A stretch of DNA of 64,000 bases from the human T2T-CHM13v2.0 reference genome, Homo sapiens, in NCBI RefSeq assembly GCF_009914755.1, contig NC_060933.1; one strand, given 5' to 3'. Under the pieces are notes generated by a model that saw only the letters and a program-made list of their open reading frames with translations, made no database searches and was not told the DNA's origin. Positions within the stretch are counted from its first letter, which is position 1. Each line of letters begins with the position of its first letter. The position numbers were made by a program, and so were the translations under genes. Of this stretch, positions 1-15,295 are shown in pieces.

Positions 1-60
1 CCAGCCTATGAGACACAGCAAGACCCTGTCTCAAAAATAATACATAAAATAACAATTTGT

Positions 61-360
61 GGCTGGGCACAGTGGCTCACGCCTATAATCTCAACACTTT
101 GGGAGGCCGATGCCAGAGGATCACTTGAGCCCAGGAGTTCAAGACTAGCTTGAGCAACAGAGCGAGGCCCCATCTCTAGAAAATATTTTTAGAAGTAGCT
201 GGGCATGGTGGCACACGCTTGTGGTCCCAGCTACTTGGGAGTCTGAGGTGGGAGGATCACTTGAGCACAGGAGTTTGAGGCTGCAGTGAGCCACGACTGT
301 GCCACTGCACTCCATCCTAGGCAACAAAGCAAGATCCTCTCTCAAAAAAATAACATAAAA
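61..360 (+). mobile_element. Alu (old, J-like); tail of another Alu at 1-45
   Basis: ggctgggcacagtggctcac... dimer with A tail. Confidence 0.9.
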
Positions 361-1143
361 ATCTGTCTCAGAAAACCCTTCATCTCTGTGCCTTTGATGG
401 TGATTTATTCTTCCCCTAAAATGTCCTTCCATTCTTCTTGACCAACCAACATACTGTCCTTTTTATGAAGTTCAGGCAATTCTTTAAGGACTTCCCAAAC
501 ATCCTTGTTGGAAGCAACCTCTCTCTCTCCGGTATTCTCTCGGTATACTGCCTGGTATTGTTCATACCTTCCCAGTGGGAGGACTGCTCACCTCCTTGGA
601 AGCTGCATCAGTGAAGGTAGCAGGGTACATTATTTACGTATGCACTACTCTGTCTTGTTTGTGGTATGTATCCACGGATGTCTACTGAATGGATGAGTAT
701 GACCAGTATGATCTGCAATGTAACCTGAGGTCACATGATGGTGCCCCTGTCCAACTCAGCTCCTTTCCTGGGATGATGTAAATTATGTAATCTAATGACT
801 ACTAATTACTGATCTTTCCTAATATCTTCTTTGAAAGTCAAAGTTAGTTCCCAGTTAAGCAGACAGGAACTGAAAATCTGATCCAACTTCATAACTTGGC
901 TTCTTTTACATGCTATCCAGTATAGAAATGTTTTCTGCTTCTTAACATTCATGATATAATCTGTCATAAATCAAAAACTGATTTAACGGAAATGTCCATG
1001 AAATAGATGAGAACTACTTCATAACACTGACAGAGAAGGAAAACATGACATTTCAAAAGATAGCTGTTTAATAAATATCAGTACTTCTCTGTCGTCTAAT
1101 TAACAGCATACTACCCTGTGGCTACTTTAAGATGCTGACTCTA

Positions 1144-1690
1144 GGATGGGCGTGGTGGCTTATTCCTGTAATCCCAACACTTTAGGCAGCTAGGGCGGGA
1201 GGATCACTGAGTCCAGGAGACCAGCCTGGGCAACATAGTGGGACTTCATCTCTACAAAAAAATCAAAAACTTAGCCAGGTGTGGTGGTGCATGCCTGTAC
1301 TCCCAGATACTGGGAAGATTGCTTAAGCCCAGGAGGTCAAGGCTGCAGTGAGTTGTGATTGGACTACTGCACTCCAGCCTGGGAGACAAGAGTAAGATCT
1401 TTCTCAAAAAAAAAAAAAAAAAGAAAGAAAGAAAGAAAAGTCTGTAATCCCAGCACTTTGGGAGGTCAAGGTGGGCAGATCACCTGAGGTCGGCAGTTCA
1501 AGACCAGCCTGGCCAACATGGTGAAACCCCGTCTCTACTAAAAATACAAAATTAGCCAGGTGTGGTGGCACGTGCCTGTAGTTCCAGCTACTCAGGAGGC
1601 TGAGGCAGGAGAATCGCTTGAACCCTAGCCTGGGTGACAGAGCGAGACTCCGTCTCAAAAAAAAAAAAAGAAAGAAAAAGAAAAAAAATA
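1144..1690 (+). mobile_element. Two tandem Alus (1144-1440; 1441-1690 with internal deletion in the right arm)
   Basis: Alu consensus motifs and A tails. Confidence 0.88.
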
Positions 1691-2445
1691 TGCTAACTCT
1701 AAGGGATGACAATATGAGTGAAAGAAGAACACATTCACTTTGGAGAATCAAAAGTGGGGAAATTCAAGCAAGGAACAACCAATAATATGTATTCTTACAG
1801 TCTTTAAAAAAAATTATAGACATGGTCCCACTATGTTGCCCAGACCTAACCTTAAGTGATCCTCCCACTTCAAGCTCCCAAAGCTCTAAGACTATAAGCA
1901 TGAGTCACCGTACCCGGCTCTGCCAACTATCCAGATAAAACTTAACCTGGGCAAGTCTTGGATTCTGTTTTTGTACTCTTGATCTACCCTGCTTTTCTAT
2001 CTCTATAAAGCACAGAAATAAAGTGCCTAACAAATCTAAAATGTTTTCTGAATATGTGTCTTGCCAGATACTAAAGCCTGTAAGATTTTATACAAATAAT
2101 AATATTAATAATAGTAATTCTAACAACAATAATGATAGCTAATAGTTGTTGAGATCCCACATGCATAATACCCATTCATCAAAACAACCGTGAGAGACAG
2201 GAGCTATTATATTTATTAGAGATGAAGAAACCAAAGATCAGGGAGTTTGAATAACAGCTAAATATGGTAGAGCCCCCAATTTAAAGCTAATCTAATTCCA
2301 GAGCCCAATTTCTTTCAAAGCCTCTATATTATACTCTCCAAGAATCAAAACAAGCAGGTTAAGAACAAATAAAGAAAACCTCATGGAGGCAAAAACAACC
2401 CCTACCCCAAATTTCACATTTTTGCCAACAAAATAAATTCCCCTA

Positions 2446-3096
<651 letters not shown>

Positions 3097-3497
3097 GATG
3101 ACTACTAGACAAATAAATTTTGATTTGAAAGATCACTAGAATTTGTTTCTATCTGTTAAATTTTTTTAAAGCCAGAAGGTTAGATGGGGAAGATTTGTAT
3201 TAGTCACTAACACATTTTTTCTTGGCTTTAAAAGAAAATCCTGTCTCGGATTATCTCCTACTAGCACTACTGAATGGGAAACATAAAAAAAGTTCATTCT
3301 CTGATTCCTGAAGAAAATTTTCTACCTCTTCCAGAAAGTAAGTCACTGAGAACATGAGACATGAACAATATCTTACGATAACTAGAACATACCATCTTTC
3401 AAAAATGAGTATTTATCACTAATGTGGAAATGTAAATAACATTTCCTACAAAGGAAACGTTGACTAGAAGTCTGTCAGTAATTATCCCCTGTCTAGA

Positions 3498-3640
3498 ATA
3501 CCAGCTATTTGGGAGGCTGAGGCAGAGAATTGCTTGAACCTGGGAGGCGGAGGTTGCAGTGAGATCATGCCACTGCACTCCAGCCTGGGTGACAGAGTGA
3601 GACTCTGTCTCAAAAAAAAAAAAAAAAAAAAAAAAAAAAG
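3498..3640 (+). mobile_element. Alu right-arm fragment
   Basis: ccagctatttgggaggctgagg... followed by poly-A. Confidence 0.88.
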
Positions 3641-3914
3641 ATGACTACTTTTTTTTTAGTGGTACTGGAGACAGGACCACTAAACTCCACTTACAGGACA
3701 AAATTCCTGCTAAGAAACGCTTCTTATCTACCACCTATGCTTTTTGGCAGAGGCAAAGAAACAGCAGTCATCTTGGAGGCAGAAAGCTGGGGCTTGATTC
3801 CAGCTTCCTCATCCCTAATAGATCATCTCTTCACGCCAAGCCCAGAAGATTGTTTCTAGACTAGAGAATGGTCTATTCTAGTTTCAGCACCCCCAACTCA
3901 GCTTTGTTCTAAAA

Positions 3915-4124
3915 CAAGCTTGTCCAACTCACAGCCCGTGGGCCACATGTGGCCCAGGACAGCTTTGAATGCAGCCCAACACAAATTCATAAACTTTCTT
4001 AAAACATTATGAGATTTTTTTTTTAGCCCATCAGCTATTATTAGTGTTACTGTATTTTATGCGTGGCCCAAGACAATTCTTCTTCCAATGTGGTCTAGGG
4101 AAGCCAAAAGATTGGAGACCCCTG
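3915..4124. mobile_element. MER30-like hAT non-autonomous DNA transposon
   Basis: Ends caagcttgtccaa / ttggagacccctg, with perfect 8-bp TSD ttctaaaa (3907-3914, 4125-4132). Confidence 0.85.
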
Positions 4125-4310
4125 TTCTAAAAGATTACTGGATTTTGTTCTAAAAGATTAAGCACAGTAGGAAAACTAAGTTTCAACTTCAACTAGTTGA
4201 GAAATCTAACCAGGCGGACTGTCATTTGAACATAATACTATTCTTAGAAAAAAAAAATCTGTCATAATACTTATCAGTGTCTTACAAGAGTATAAACTCT
4301 ACTTGCCTAC

Positions 4311-4480
4311 CTTCAATCCATTCACTATAAGCTGTCACAGAGAACTTCTGGCCATCCACAGTATAAAATTCTCTTTGGGCAAGAGCCTTCCCGCCACTGC
4401 TATGATTTTCATAGTTTCTCACGGATTCATTGCAAGAAGTGCTTCCACCATCAATGACACCAACTAAAGCCCAAGCTTGC
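4311..4480 (-). CDS. CEMIP2: CEMIP2 exon 5 (aa 345-402, GG domain)
   Basis: ctttttccttctag|G CAA GCT TGG...ATT GAA G|gtaggc. 170 nt reading (R)QAWALVGVIDGGSTSCNESVRNYENHSSGGKALAQREFYTVDGQKFSVTAYSEWIE(G). Phase matches exon 4. Not in the ORF track. Confidence 0.96.
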
Positions 4481-4849
4481 CTAGAAGGAAAAAGAGCATG
4501 TGCATTTGATTACTTGTCATGGTATTCACAAAATCCCTGACAAAGATGTTATTACAGAGTGCTGTTTAATTCTCATATTTCATTTTCGTCAATCCCTAAT
4601 GTTTTTTCTATATGAGGCTGCAGTTCCAAACCTTGACTGCACCTAGTTCTCCTAGAAGGAAATGCAGCTACTTTTTAAATACTTGTTTGTCCAGCTCTGT
4701 AATAGGTGAAAGACCGATGACTACAATTTCAATTAATCATTGACTTACTTCCTCAATACACATCCATATCACACATAACATTCTGGCCAAAATCCATTTA
4801 CTTTCTCTTAAAATGATTATCACATGCTCTCTTTTAAACTTTCTATTAA

Positions 4850-5430
4850 TACAATGTTCTCAAAAATCTAATTGCATAATAGAATTACCCAGGGAGTTTG
4901 AAAAATATATCAATGCACAGACCCCATCCCAGATAAAGGGAATCATGTTAATAATTGCAAAAGGTTGGGTACAGCATTTGTAGTTTGCAATAATTTATTT
5001 TTATTTTTTGGAGACAGGGTCTTACTATGTTTTTAAAGTTCCCAGGTGACTGGAACGTGCAGTTAGGCTTAAAAACCACTGATTTGGGCAGTGGTTCTCA
5101 AACTTCAGTACGCATCAGGATCAACAGAAGAAAGGAAGGGCATGCTGAATTAGATTGCTGGCCCCACTCTCTCAGTTTCTGAGATGGGACCAGAGAATTT
5201 GTATTTCTAACAGGTTACCACATTATGTTAATGCTGCTGGTCAGGGCACCATACTTTGAAAACCCCTAAATTATAGACTAGAGGTTAGAGTAGTGATCAT
5301 CAACCTTCAGTAGCCTGGGAGTCTTATCCTTCTTTTATCCTTCTTCCTGACATAATTGATCTAAGGTGCACCCTAGGTGTCAAGATTTTTTAAAGTCTCC
5401 AGGTGTGCAGGCAAGGTTGAGAACTGAGTT
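4850..5430. mobile_element. Cluster of MER5-like hAT fragments
   Basis: cagtggttctcaaactt and ttaaaaaccactg type termini. Confidence 0.6.
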
Positions 5431-5432
5431 AG

Positions 5433-6194
<762 letters not shown>

Positions 6195-6989
6195 AAAAAC
6201 ATTTCTGATACTAAATATCTGAGAGACATGCTCAAACTTGTGACCAAAAGCAATCAACGCAAAGGGACAATTTTTAAAAACCAGAAAATCTGCTTTAAGA
6301 CTCCTGGTTTAAAACACGAAAAGAAAAATGTCAACTTCCCACTCTAGAAAAAAAATAACAAATGTAATCTGTGTCTGACAGATGGCTAGATATTCACAGA
6401 TAAAAGTTAACCGAAGCATGCCTACACCCTTACAAATTCCACAGCCGCCCCTGTATGGATTAGCTACTCTTTGGACGACAATGCTTTGTAGCTTGTTTTA
6501 TACCACTTGATAAAGCAGAAAGAATCAAATAAAGAATGTCTCAATATATTATCTCCTATTTGGAGAAGAAAAGAGAGGAAGAATTATCACAGGCTTCCTT
6601 TCTTTACCAGAACTGCCTCAGCAACTATAAAACAATGTTCTTTCTCTTCTATCGACATTATCTCCAAAACACTCCTACTTCCCTCCTCCACTTGAGGGAA
6701 AATTTCAGCGCACCAGAACATTATCTTCAAAGGCCTATGTGTTTATGTACATTGGAGATAACGTCAATGCAATGGAACGCTGGCAAAAGATCACAACTCT
6801 AAGTTCTCTATGAAATCAAGAGCAATATTTTAAAAGGAATTTAGAAACCAGTAGGGAGAGGAACCTAAGAAAGTCAAAATGGTCACAGCTAATGATCATG
6901 CAAAACTAGAAACAATAGTAGCATGAAGAAATACAAGTTGTAATCCCTGGCATTACTGGATAATGAAACAAAGTAGGTATCTAACTTAG

Positions 6990-7680
6990 AAAAGATCATG
7001 CTTCCACTCCTAGGTTTATATATTATAGAAATACATGCACATGTACATTAAGAGATGGATCAAGGAACATTTAAGGAAGCAATTTTGTAACAGGTCCAAA
7101 CTGGAAAGCCACTCAGATGGCCACCAATAAATAAACTGTGGTATATTCATACGACAGAAAATAAACAGCAAAGAAAATGAGCCTCGGCCGGGCACATGGC
7201 TTATGCCTGTAATCGCAGCAATTTGGGAGGCTGAGATGGGAGGATCACTTGAGGCCAGGAGTTTGAGACCAGCCTGGTCAATAGAGTGAGACCCCCATCT
7301 CTATTTAAAATTAAAAAAGAAAAGAAAAGAAAATGAGCCAGCACTACATGCAACAATATGAATAGCATTCAATAACATAACACTGTGCAAAGAAGCCGGA
7401 CACAAAATATAACATTGTCGGCTTCCATTTATATAAAGTTGAAAAACAGGCAAACCTAAACTTTAGTAGATCCCACAGATTCAGGAGCATGGCTCCCTTC
7501 GGTGGGGAAGAGAGTGATTAATGCATAGCAGAGGGGAGGAAGGGAACTTCTGGGCTGCTGGCAATGTCCTATTTCTTGACCTGGGTGGTGGCTACACAGG
7601 CATCACATTGCGGCAACTTATGAAGCTCTACATTGTTATTTTTGGCACTTTTTTGCATGTGTATCATATTTCAAAAACAA
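6990..7680 (+). mobile_element. Old L1M 3' fragment interrupted by a FLAM/Alu monomer (7186-7325)
   Basis: ccactcctaggt...aaactgtggtatattcat...tatttcttgacctgggtggtgg. Confidence 0.65.
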
Positions 7681-8340
7681 AAACCAGAAAGAAAAAAAAA
7701 CCCTTTGAGGTTTTGCACATGGAATTCCCTTGGTCTGAAAAAGCTTTCTTCTCCACTGTCTACACAGCACGCTCCCGAACTTCTTTCAAGTCTCTTGCCT
7801 TTGGGGAGCCTGTACTGATTCACTAGGCCAATTGAGAGGCTCCTTCTGTTAATACTCACGCTCCCATTGCACCCTGTAACTGCAGCATGTCTCACTGTAT
7901 GATCATCATCTATTTAGGTCTCTGTTTATCCACTAGATTAACCATGGGCTCTGAGACAGTGTCCTTTCGTCTAAGCATCCATGGGTATCCAGCACTTAGC
8001 ATCTCCTAAATATCCCCTACATGAATAAAAGCCATTTCTAAAATGTTACAGACTGTTTTTCTTCACTATTTTTTGTCTTTCTAGCCTGTTCTAGAATTGC
8101 TGTAGGTAATACCCCATTCCAACAACCTACTATCAAAGGAAAAAATAGTAACTAGATCATTACGGCATGTCGGTTTTGAGGTACTCTTACTTTTTCCACC
8201 ACAGATATTCCCTGACTTTACTAAAAGCATTCAGCAGAATTAAAAGCTTCTGTCTTTTAAATGAAATGTTAGGTCGGCTACTTCCCCTAGACTCAGAACT
8301 GCGTTAGGAAATCACAGTTAATTAGAATATGGCACAAGAA

Positions 8341-8640
8341 GGCTGGGTGTGGTGGTTCATGCCTATGAAGCCGATGTTTTGGGAGGGTGAGGCGGGAGGA
8401 TCACTTGAGCACAGAAGTTTAGACCAGCCTGGGCAACAAAGTGAGACCCCCTCAACTACAAAAAGTTTAAAAATTAGACAGGTGTGGTAGCAACTGTTTG
8501 TAGTCTCAGCTACTTGGGAGGCTGAGGTGGAAGTATCACTGGAGCCTGGGAGGTTGAGGCTGCAGTGAGATACGATTGTACCACTGCACTCCAGCTCGGG
8601 CAACGGGGCAAGACCCTGTCACTAAAAATAAAAATAAAAG
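8341..8640 (+). mobile_element. AluJ-like
   Basis: Alu dimer with A tail. Confidence 0.88.
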
Positions 8641-9265
8641 GAATAGGGTACAAGAACCATAAATAGCAGAAATGAATTCTACTATCTGGATGAATTTCCT
8701 AGCCCTTTAACTTTTTCCTTCCTCATATATGCCAGGGGTCCATAGACCTGTGCCAATCAAACATGCAGATTCCAATCAGCCTGCAAAGGAGTCCGAAAAA
8801 AGAAAAAGAAAAAGAAAAACTGCATATTCTACCCCCTCAGCCTTTTAAGACAGGTTTAGAACTTAGCATGAAATTCTGCCCTAACCTTTAAACTCATTAA
8901 GTTGCCTCAATTAGCCTGAGTTTCATATGATCTTCAGAAGGTAACGAAAGGAAGAAGTATCTTCAGAGGCAAATTGTCCTTAAACTGCCTGACTGTTTTT
9001 CAGTACCACACTTCTGCTCTCAACTTTTCACAAGTCTGGCACTCCAGTTCACAAAGGGCTTTGTAAACCAAAGCCAATGAAAATAGCTTTTGTATGTGGT
9101 GTCCTATCCTCCAGCCCCATGTCTCAAAGCTACCAGACATGCAAATGGTAGAGTGGCCCTTCTGATGCCTGAGTCATGCTGTGGCTGTGGCTCCTTTCCC
9201 CACCCTCACTCTCCTCTCACACAGACACGGACTCTGATAGGGATCTGGGAAGAAGGTATGCCTAC

Positions 9266-9827
9266 CTGTAGCCCAGTCCTTGGATCAGTTCACTTCCCAA
9301 CCGTTCCTGGATCATCTGGATGGTTCCTTGTAAGAGACTTTTAGCGGCTGAATCCCCGACAGCTATGGCAACAATCCGACCTGGATCCTGGAATCTCAGA
9401 AACTCCTGAAGCCGCCTGCTCTCATTGCGGTATTCATGGGTATCAAATCTCTCACTTTCCAAAATTTTGGCCGTGTCTTGGTCAATGACCCTCACATTGA
9501 GGCCCCGGGAAAAGTCCTTTTCAAAGGTATAGGACCCAAAGGGCAAGCCTGAGGAATTCAGGGTCCTTGCCAACAACGTCCACGATGCCTTCCGTGCCCC
9601 ATGTAACTCCAGTGTCCCGCCAGCTTCCACACCAATAAACTTTTTGCCAAATGTTGGCATACTTTCACCTTCATCTGACTTGCCATACAAGGTAATTGTC
9701 GCTTTGGATTTATAGCGGCATTTTTCTGCTCCAATATGAAGCGCCCCACCATCCTGGATCAGGATGTAATGAGTCCTCAAAGTAATATTTCTGGATCCAT
9801 CTTTATTGTCCCCAAATACAAGCAGTC
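9266..9827 (-). CDS. CEMIP2: CEMIP2 exon 4 (aa 158-345, G8 domain and first GG domain)
   Basis: ttccctgcag|GACTG...CTACAG|gtaggc. 562 nt, matching ORF 9262..9855 from GLLVFGDNKDG to GLGYR. Confidence 0.98.
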
Positions 9828-10448
9828 CTGCAGGGAACACCACCCTGTAAGCCAACTTCTAAATCATCTTTCTGAGATACAAGGAAATAGATTTCACCTT
9901 AAGTTAAATACACTTCCGCAATTAGGTCGGAAAAAAGAATTCGCTAAGAATCTGCTTAGAAAACTAAAGGGAAAAATGAAGAGTTCATATCTTAATATAC
10001 TCTCAATGCCCATGACTGTGAATTTCAACCTACTCACTTTAGAGGTTAAATCATTTCTCTTAAAAATATCTAAGAGTCTACAAATCTGAATCTTATTTTT
10101 GTATATGTTTACTCATGTTAACTCTCAGAATTGTGACAAAATCACTCTCAGAATTGTGACAAAAATTTAGCTCTGAGAGATCACCTCTCTGGAACTGTTT
10201 CCTTGTCTATAAATCAGGGGTCTTGATTTGAGTGATACCTAAGGTCTAAGCTCTTAAATTCTATGTTTTTTATCTCTGGATAAATTCTCTGGTTTTATCT
10301 CATGATCTTTCCAAATCTCCATGGTTAGAGTGACACCACAAACTAAAGCCTATTCTGCCTAAAAATAGTCTTCTACATAAGGAACATCAAATATCCCCCA
10401 CATTAAAGAGCAACCTTGCAGTTCCCATAGGCAGGAACCATTACCTAC

Positions 10449-10589
10449 CTCCATCCTGAATGACTATAGAATGCACGGTGGCGTCTGAGGTCAGACGGAG
10501 CATATCTCCCTCCTTGATAACAACTTGCTTTGCAGAATCTTGTCCTGGATCCCAATTCCTGAGACGAGGATTTTGATCTGGGCAATTTT
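10449..10589 (-). CDS. CEMIP2: CEMIP2 exon 3 (aa 111-157, start of G8 domain)
   Basis: tgtgtttatag|AAAATTGC...GATGGAG|gtaggt. 141 nt reading (E)NCPDQNPRLRNWDPGQDSAKQVVIKEGDMLRLTSDATVHSIVIQDG(G), in frame with exons 2 and 4. Not in the ORF track. Confidence 0.97.
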
Positions 10590-13500
10590 CTATAAACACA
10601 TTGATATTCCATCCAACCCATTAAAATGCAGGAATAATATAGCCGAATCTAAGCACTACCATTATTTACTGCAGATCTGCAAAAAATGTGCTAACATATG
10701 TTGATTTCCTGCCATTAGAATGGAAATCCCACGCCTTCCCACCAGCAGAGAACCATCTTACCCTTTAATTTGTCATCACATTTCCATTTTAAAGTTTTAC
10801 CACAAAACTAAATTGCTAGCATCTAGTTCAGGACAAACTTCACCAAAAAAAAAAAAAAAAAAAAAAAAAGTTTCCCTGAATCATCTACTCTGGAAATAAA
10901 CCAATAGTAAGAGGCAAAATTATACATTCTCTTGGGATTCACACTAGAAAGCTGTTTTAGAAAAGAAATGTGTTCACAACATCCTGGTAAATCAAAAATG
11001 AAAATTGCTAAATAATACATTGATCAGGTCTTCACAAGTTCCTTCTTGCACACAGTGAATGATGAAGTAAGTACTGATAGCACCTCTCTCCAAGACTGAG
11101 AAACATCACTATCTTCAGCCATGTGCACTCTCCCAACAAAATGAAAGAGGCAAGTGGCTAAAGACATAACTTCTCATTTTCAGAGATGAGGAAATTACAG
11201 GTTAGAGAAACCAAAGATTACTTAGCAAGCTGAGTGATACGCAAGTTTCCCCTTTTAGAAAATGAGATTATTGACTTGTAGTGTTCCTTTACTGGAATTA
11301 GAACTTGCCTCTTGAATAGGTATTATAATAACAAAAATATAACAGTATTTAATTAAAATAGCCATAGCTATTTAATGTATGAAAACTTTAAGGTCCGCCA
11401 TAATTTTGAAGAGGGGAGAAAAAAAATCACGCCTTCAATTTTGATCAACCTATGGCCAAGTATTTGTGGAGCATCAATTTATCCACTCTGTACCAGATAT
11501 TTTAAAATTTATAAAGCATAGAATCAGCTCACATTTCCTCAGAGTTTATATGCAAGCTTTGGAGGGAAAAAACACCAAGTATGAAATAATGAAACACTGA
11601 ACAATATGGTAGTCAGTCGAGGTTCAAAAGACCTCAGGCAAAGGAGGCATGGGGCTGGAGTAACTGAGGCAGCTTCATGAACAGGTGACTTGAGAGCTGG
11701 ACACCAAAGGATGGGCAGTATTTAAATAAGAGGATCATGAGAACACTAGTAATGCAATTATCCCTTGAGATCCAAGTAGTCCATTTGGTTGTTCAGAATT
11801 CCAAGGTGGCTTTATTTAAACTCAGCTAAGGTAAGAATAAGCAAGATATGCTTGAAAAACCATAGGAAGAAATTCCTTTCATTAAGGTGGCAGGTACATG
11901 TTTAGGAATAACAAGAGAAAAAGTAGAGAGGTAGGGTGCTACACAAACATATTGTTCTATACAGAAAAAAAAATGATTCCTCATTTTGAACTTGCATAAC
12001 ACTAATGCAAACATCTTCCTGTTTCTGAGCTCTCACAATGCCCTAGGTTTATGCTTTCTCTTATTAACCACAGCTACAATTAGCCTCACCAGTTATATCC
12101 TTGGCAATTATTTCATGGAATTAGTTTTTCTCACAGCAGTATCATAACTGTTGATATTTAATGCTTCTGATAAGTCAATGAGTATCACTATTATACTAAA
12201 AACAATCTTTAAGCTTTTCTTCCCATCAAAGAAACAAAAAAACTCTTAAATTTGTTTTGCCTTAATAATGAGGATTCCTTAACTTTTCTACCTCCCTCTT
12301 CCCATACAACATCTAGCTGAAATTCTCCATAGTTTTATAACAAGCACTGTACCCAGCTATAAAGAAGGAAATCCAGTCTTTTGAGATCTGGAGCCTACTT
12401 CAATGATTATATAATTTCTCTTAATTGTTTTTAATTATTTCCCAGGAGAGCATGGTTCATTAGAACCATCACCAAAAATTCCAGTCTGTTTCCTTCCAGT
12501 AAAATGCACTTAATGAGAAAATGTGTAGTCTGTACAAAGCACTGAAAAGTAGCTCAGCCAACCCCACCTTCCCAGCTACCCACTTGAAGAGCAGTGAGTA
12601 TATTATCAAAGTTATGTAACAGCAATAACCACAGTCAAGCTGACCCTGAAATATTTCAGCATACCAGATCTTTCCACTGATGATCTGCACTTTACACTGC
12701 CAAAATGTGAAACTAAAGAATGTTGGTTCAAGGAACCATGTCAGCAATGCCCTGTTTTAGATGGAATATGAAAACACCAATCAAAGCCATAGACTTCAGC
12801 TCTGATTTCCCACTGGTCTAGCATCCCTTTACTGCAGAAGAGTTGGGAAGTATGAATCAGCACAGTGAACTTGGTTGTTATGAATCAGCACAGAGAACTT
12901 GGTTATTCTGCTGGGAAAAGGAGAGAGGAAGTCATACCGCATGCAATGGAAATCAATGTTATAAGTTCATAATGTGGTCTACTTGTTTGGTCCATAAGGA
13001 TATTAATGTGCATGTCTCTCTCATTTGAGGTTTATTTTCTTAGAAGTACTAGCACTACCTCTCCCAGAACCTTAAAATTTTAAAAATCCCTTGAAAGCAC
13101 CCAAGAAAACTAAATAATAAAGTATTTGTAAGTCTTATAAGTAGTAAAATGCCTCTGAACTGTTACAGCCACTTAAGGAAGCATTTAACTTGACAAAAAT
13201 CTGTTGTAGACAAATATGGTACCCAGTCCAGGCTGTTAGAGTCTTCTCTCTTCACAGCCCCGAGTCCTTTGATTTTAGACAGATGGATGGTATTCTTTTA
13301 TGAGGCAATTCTTTGTTGGTATTCCAATAAGGCTGACTTGCAACCATCTTCTTCAAAACTTTTCAAAATATTGATATATCATTAACTTGAAAAGAAAATA
13401 CCATTTAAGAAATTAAAATCTCCCTGCATAATATTTAACTATGAAGTAATGACTGATTTTTAGACAAAGGTGTCAGAACTTATATATCCTAAAGGATGCT

Positions 13501-13609
13501 TCCCTTCCAGGATATATATTGTTACTCAAAAATATTTGAAACTTTTCCTTTGGAACTGCTTCCCAAGCCCATTTCAAGCCACAAACACAAATATTATTAT
13601 TTTTAGTCA

Positions 13610-13980
<371 letters not shown>

Positions 13981-14292
13981 TGCAGCAGTCCAAAAATCAT
14001 ACCTACCATAAGAATTTAGTGAAGGCCCTCAAAGCATTTCCAAAAGAGGTACTCCAAGACCTCCCTGAGTGCTGCAACAAAGTGGCACAATGGACAGGAA
14101 GAGCAACCATTTAATCATTTCCAACAGATTATTGAACAATTGCTCTCATTCATAAGAAGTGACACCTCGTATTACCTAACTACATATTAGTTAGCTAGGG
14201 CCAACTTAAGATAAATTTTTTTTTAAGTATTCTACTATTTCCTCCTCTTTTGTCTTCTAGAATATGTTCTATGTGCATATACACACACTTAC

Positions 14293-14623
14293 CATCTGGA
14301 GCATATTTTGAGGATATTCCTAAAATGATTGCAAGTGCAATAAAAAATGAGAAACTAGTAATAGCAAAACAAATGAAAGTATTTTTGTGTCTCTTTTGCT
14401 TTTGACTTTCTCTCTGGGCTTGCTGTTCTTCAGGTGAGAATGCGAAGGTTGCCCGGTCTTCTCGTCTGATGGAGGTAAATTTGGCTGAAGCTTGACTCTT
14501 TGGAGGAGGAGGGGGACGCAATGGGACAACCTTCCCTGGAACATAGCCAGATGGGTGACGACTATTTCCATTCTGAGGTTGGAGGAAAGCAGGGGAGTGT
14601 CCCCTGGAATCAGTGGCATACAT
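14293..14623 (-). CDS. CEMIP2: CEMIP2/TMEM2 coding part of exon 2 (aa 1-110): cytoplasmic tail and type II transmembrane helix. The full exon starts at 14635.
   Basis: Translates to MYATDSRGHSPAFLQPQ...FICFAITSFSFFIALAIILGISSKYAPD, recognised as the TMEM2 N-terminus. Acceptor ttttcttttcacag lies 12 nt before the ATG; donor GATG|gtaagt. 331 coding nt, phase 1. Confidence 0.98.
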
Positions 14624-14689
14624 GATACACTGTTACTGTGAAAAGAAAAAAAAATTAAGCTTCAGTATGTGTAAATTCTTTTTTAATTT

Positions 14690-15295
<606 letters not shown>

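Noticed and set aside
9828-9855. Apparent N-terminus MAYRVVFPA of the 197-aa ORF
   Set aside because: Intronic sequence upstream of the exon 4 acceptor.
14195-14292. ORF extension GKCVYMHIEH...SWP after exon 2
   Set aside because: Read-through into intron 2 past a consensus gtaagt donor; no evidence of use.
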